Shown in pieces: positions 63,599-64,000 of a stretch of 64,000 nucleotides of DNA (position 1 is its first letter; every line of letters starts with the position of its first letter). The notes beneath the pieces were generated by a model that made no database searches, had not been told where the DNA came from, and saw only the letters and a list, made by a program, of their open reading frames with translations. Both the position numbers and the translations under genes were made by a program. Where the stretch lies: positions 64,001 through 128,000 of the IMG/VR virus record IMGVR_UViG_3300017917_003893. The stretch is one strand, 5' to 3'. This DNA comes from a virus.

Positions 63599-64000
63599 AT
63601 GACAAGGTTCGAATTTTTAGAAAAAGCCAGGAATATACACGCTTATAAATACAATTATTTAAATTTATCAAATAAGGTTACACTTAATGATAGAATTGAG
63701 ATTGAGTACAAAGGTGAGATTTACAGACAATCTGTTTCTAAACATTTAATGGGTAGATGTCCAGAAAAAACTACTAAGAAAAAAACAACTGAAGAGTTTA
63801 TATCGGAATCTAAAAATATTTGGGGAGATAAATATGACTACTCAATTACTGAGTATACTGGTGCTTTGAATAATATTCAAGTTATTTATAATGGAATTAT
63901 TTATGAACAAAGAGCTAGTTCTCATTTATTAGGACTAGCTCCAGAGTTTAGAAGTAACGAAGATAGTTTATTGAGAGATAGGATATATCAGTCTGACTAT
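63599..64000 (+). CDS. Partial ORF with DUF723-like repeats, probable homing-endonuclease-associated protein (3'-truncated)
   Basis: Repeats FLEKARNIHAYKYNY..HLMG.CP and TTEEFISESKNIWGDKYDYS..HLLG; open to the window end. Confidence 0.65.
   Translation, partial: MTRFEFLEKARNIHAYKYNYLNLSNKVTLNDRIEIEYKGEIYRQSVSKHLMGRCPEKTTKKKTTEEFISESKNIWGDKYDYSITEYTGALNNIQVIYNGIIYEQRASSHLLGLAPEFRSNEDSLLRDRIYQSDY

Noticed and set aside
1-64000. Stop-codon reassignment, as seen in some large phages
   Set aside because: Conserved genes are full length in code 11, and TAG and TGA both act as real stops (for example 20079 and 8715).
1-64000. CRISPR array or IS element
   Set aside because: No regularly spaced direct repeats and no transposase. 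The RuvC-like ORF lacks TnpB/Cas12 zinc-finger architecture.

Overview
This AT-rich, gene-dense window reads in the standard genetic code and comes from a large T4-like (gp23-type capsid) jumbo myophage. Several TTTG-N19/20-TAnnTTTG promoters and an Hc1-like protein point to a Bacteroidota host. Core genes include the scaffold and major capsid protein, a gp41-like helicase, a split family-B DNA polymerase, UvsX/RecA, NrdA, ThyA, a DinG-like helicase, a RuvC-like nuclease, a baseplate hub and tail fibres. Accessory genes include a glycosylation cluster, two DNA methyltransferases, NADAR, a 2H phosphoesterase and Fpg/Nei. RNA genes are a tmRNA with an unusually long tag and two co-varying structured RNAs upstream of a Ro60/TROVE gene. 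Three things stand out. (1) At least 12 scattered proteins share a short R-[DEKN]-x-[KQ]-[IL]-[DN]-x-[IL]-[LF] peptide, and four of them are truncated pieces of gp23-type capsid protein, which suggests a tagged decoy or adaptor system. (2) The Ro60 locus has Y-like RNAs, one of which carries a large folded insert. (3) About 19 proteins carry T4-internal-protein-like capsid-targeting N-termini, many behind an AATATATA late-promoter-like motif. All calls come from reading motifs by eye; no searches were run.
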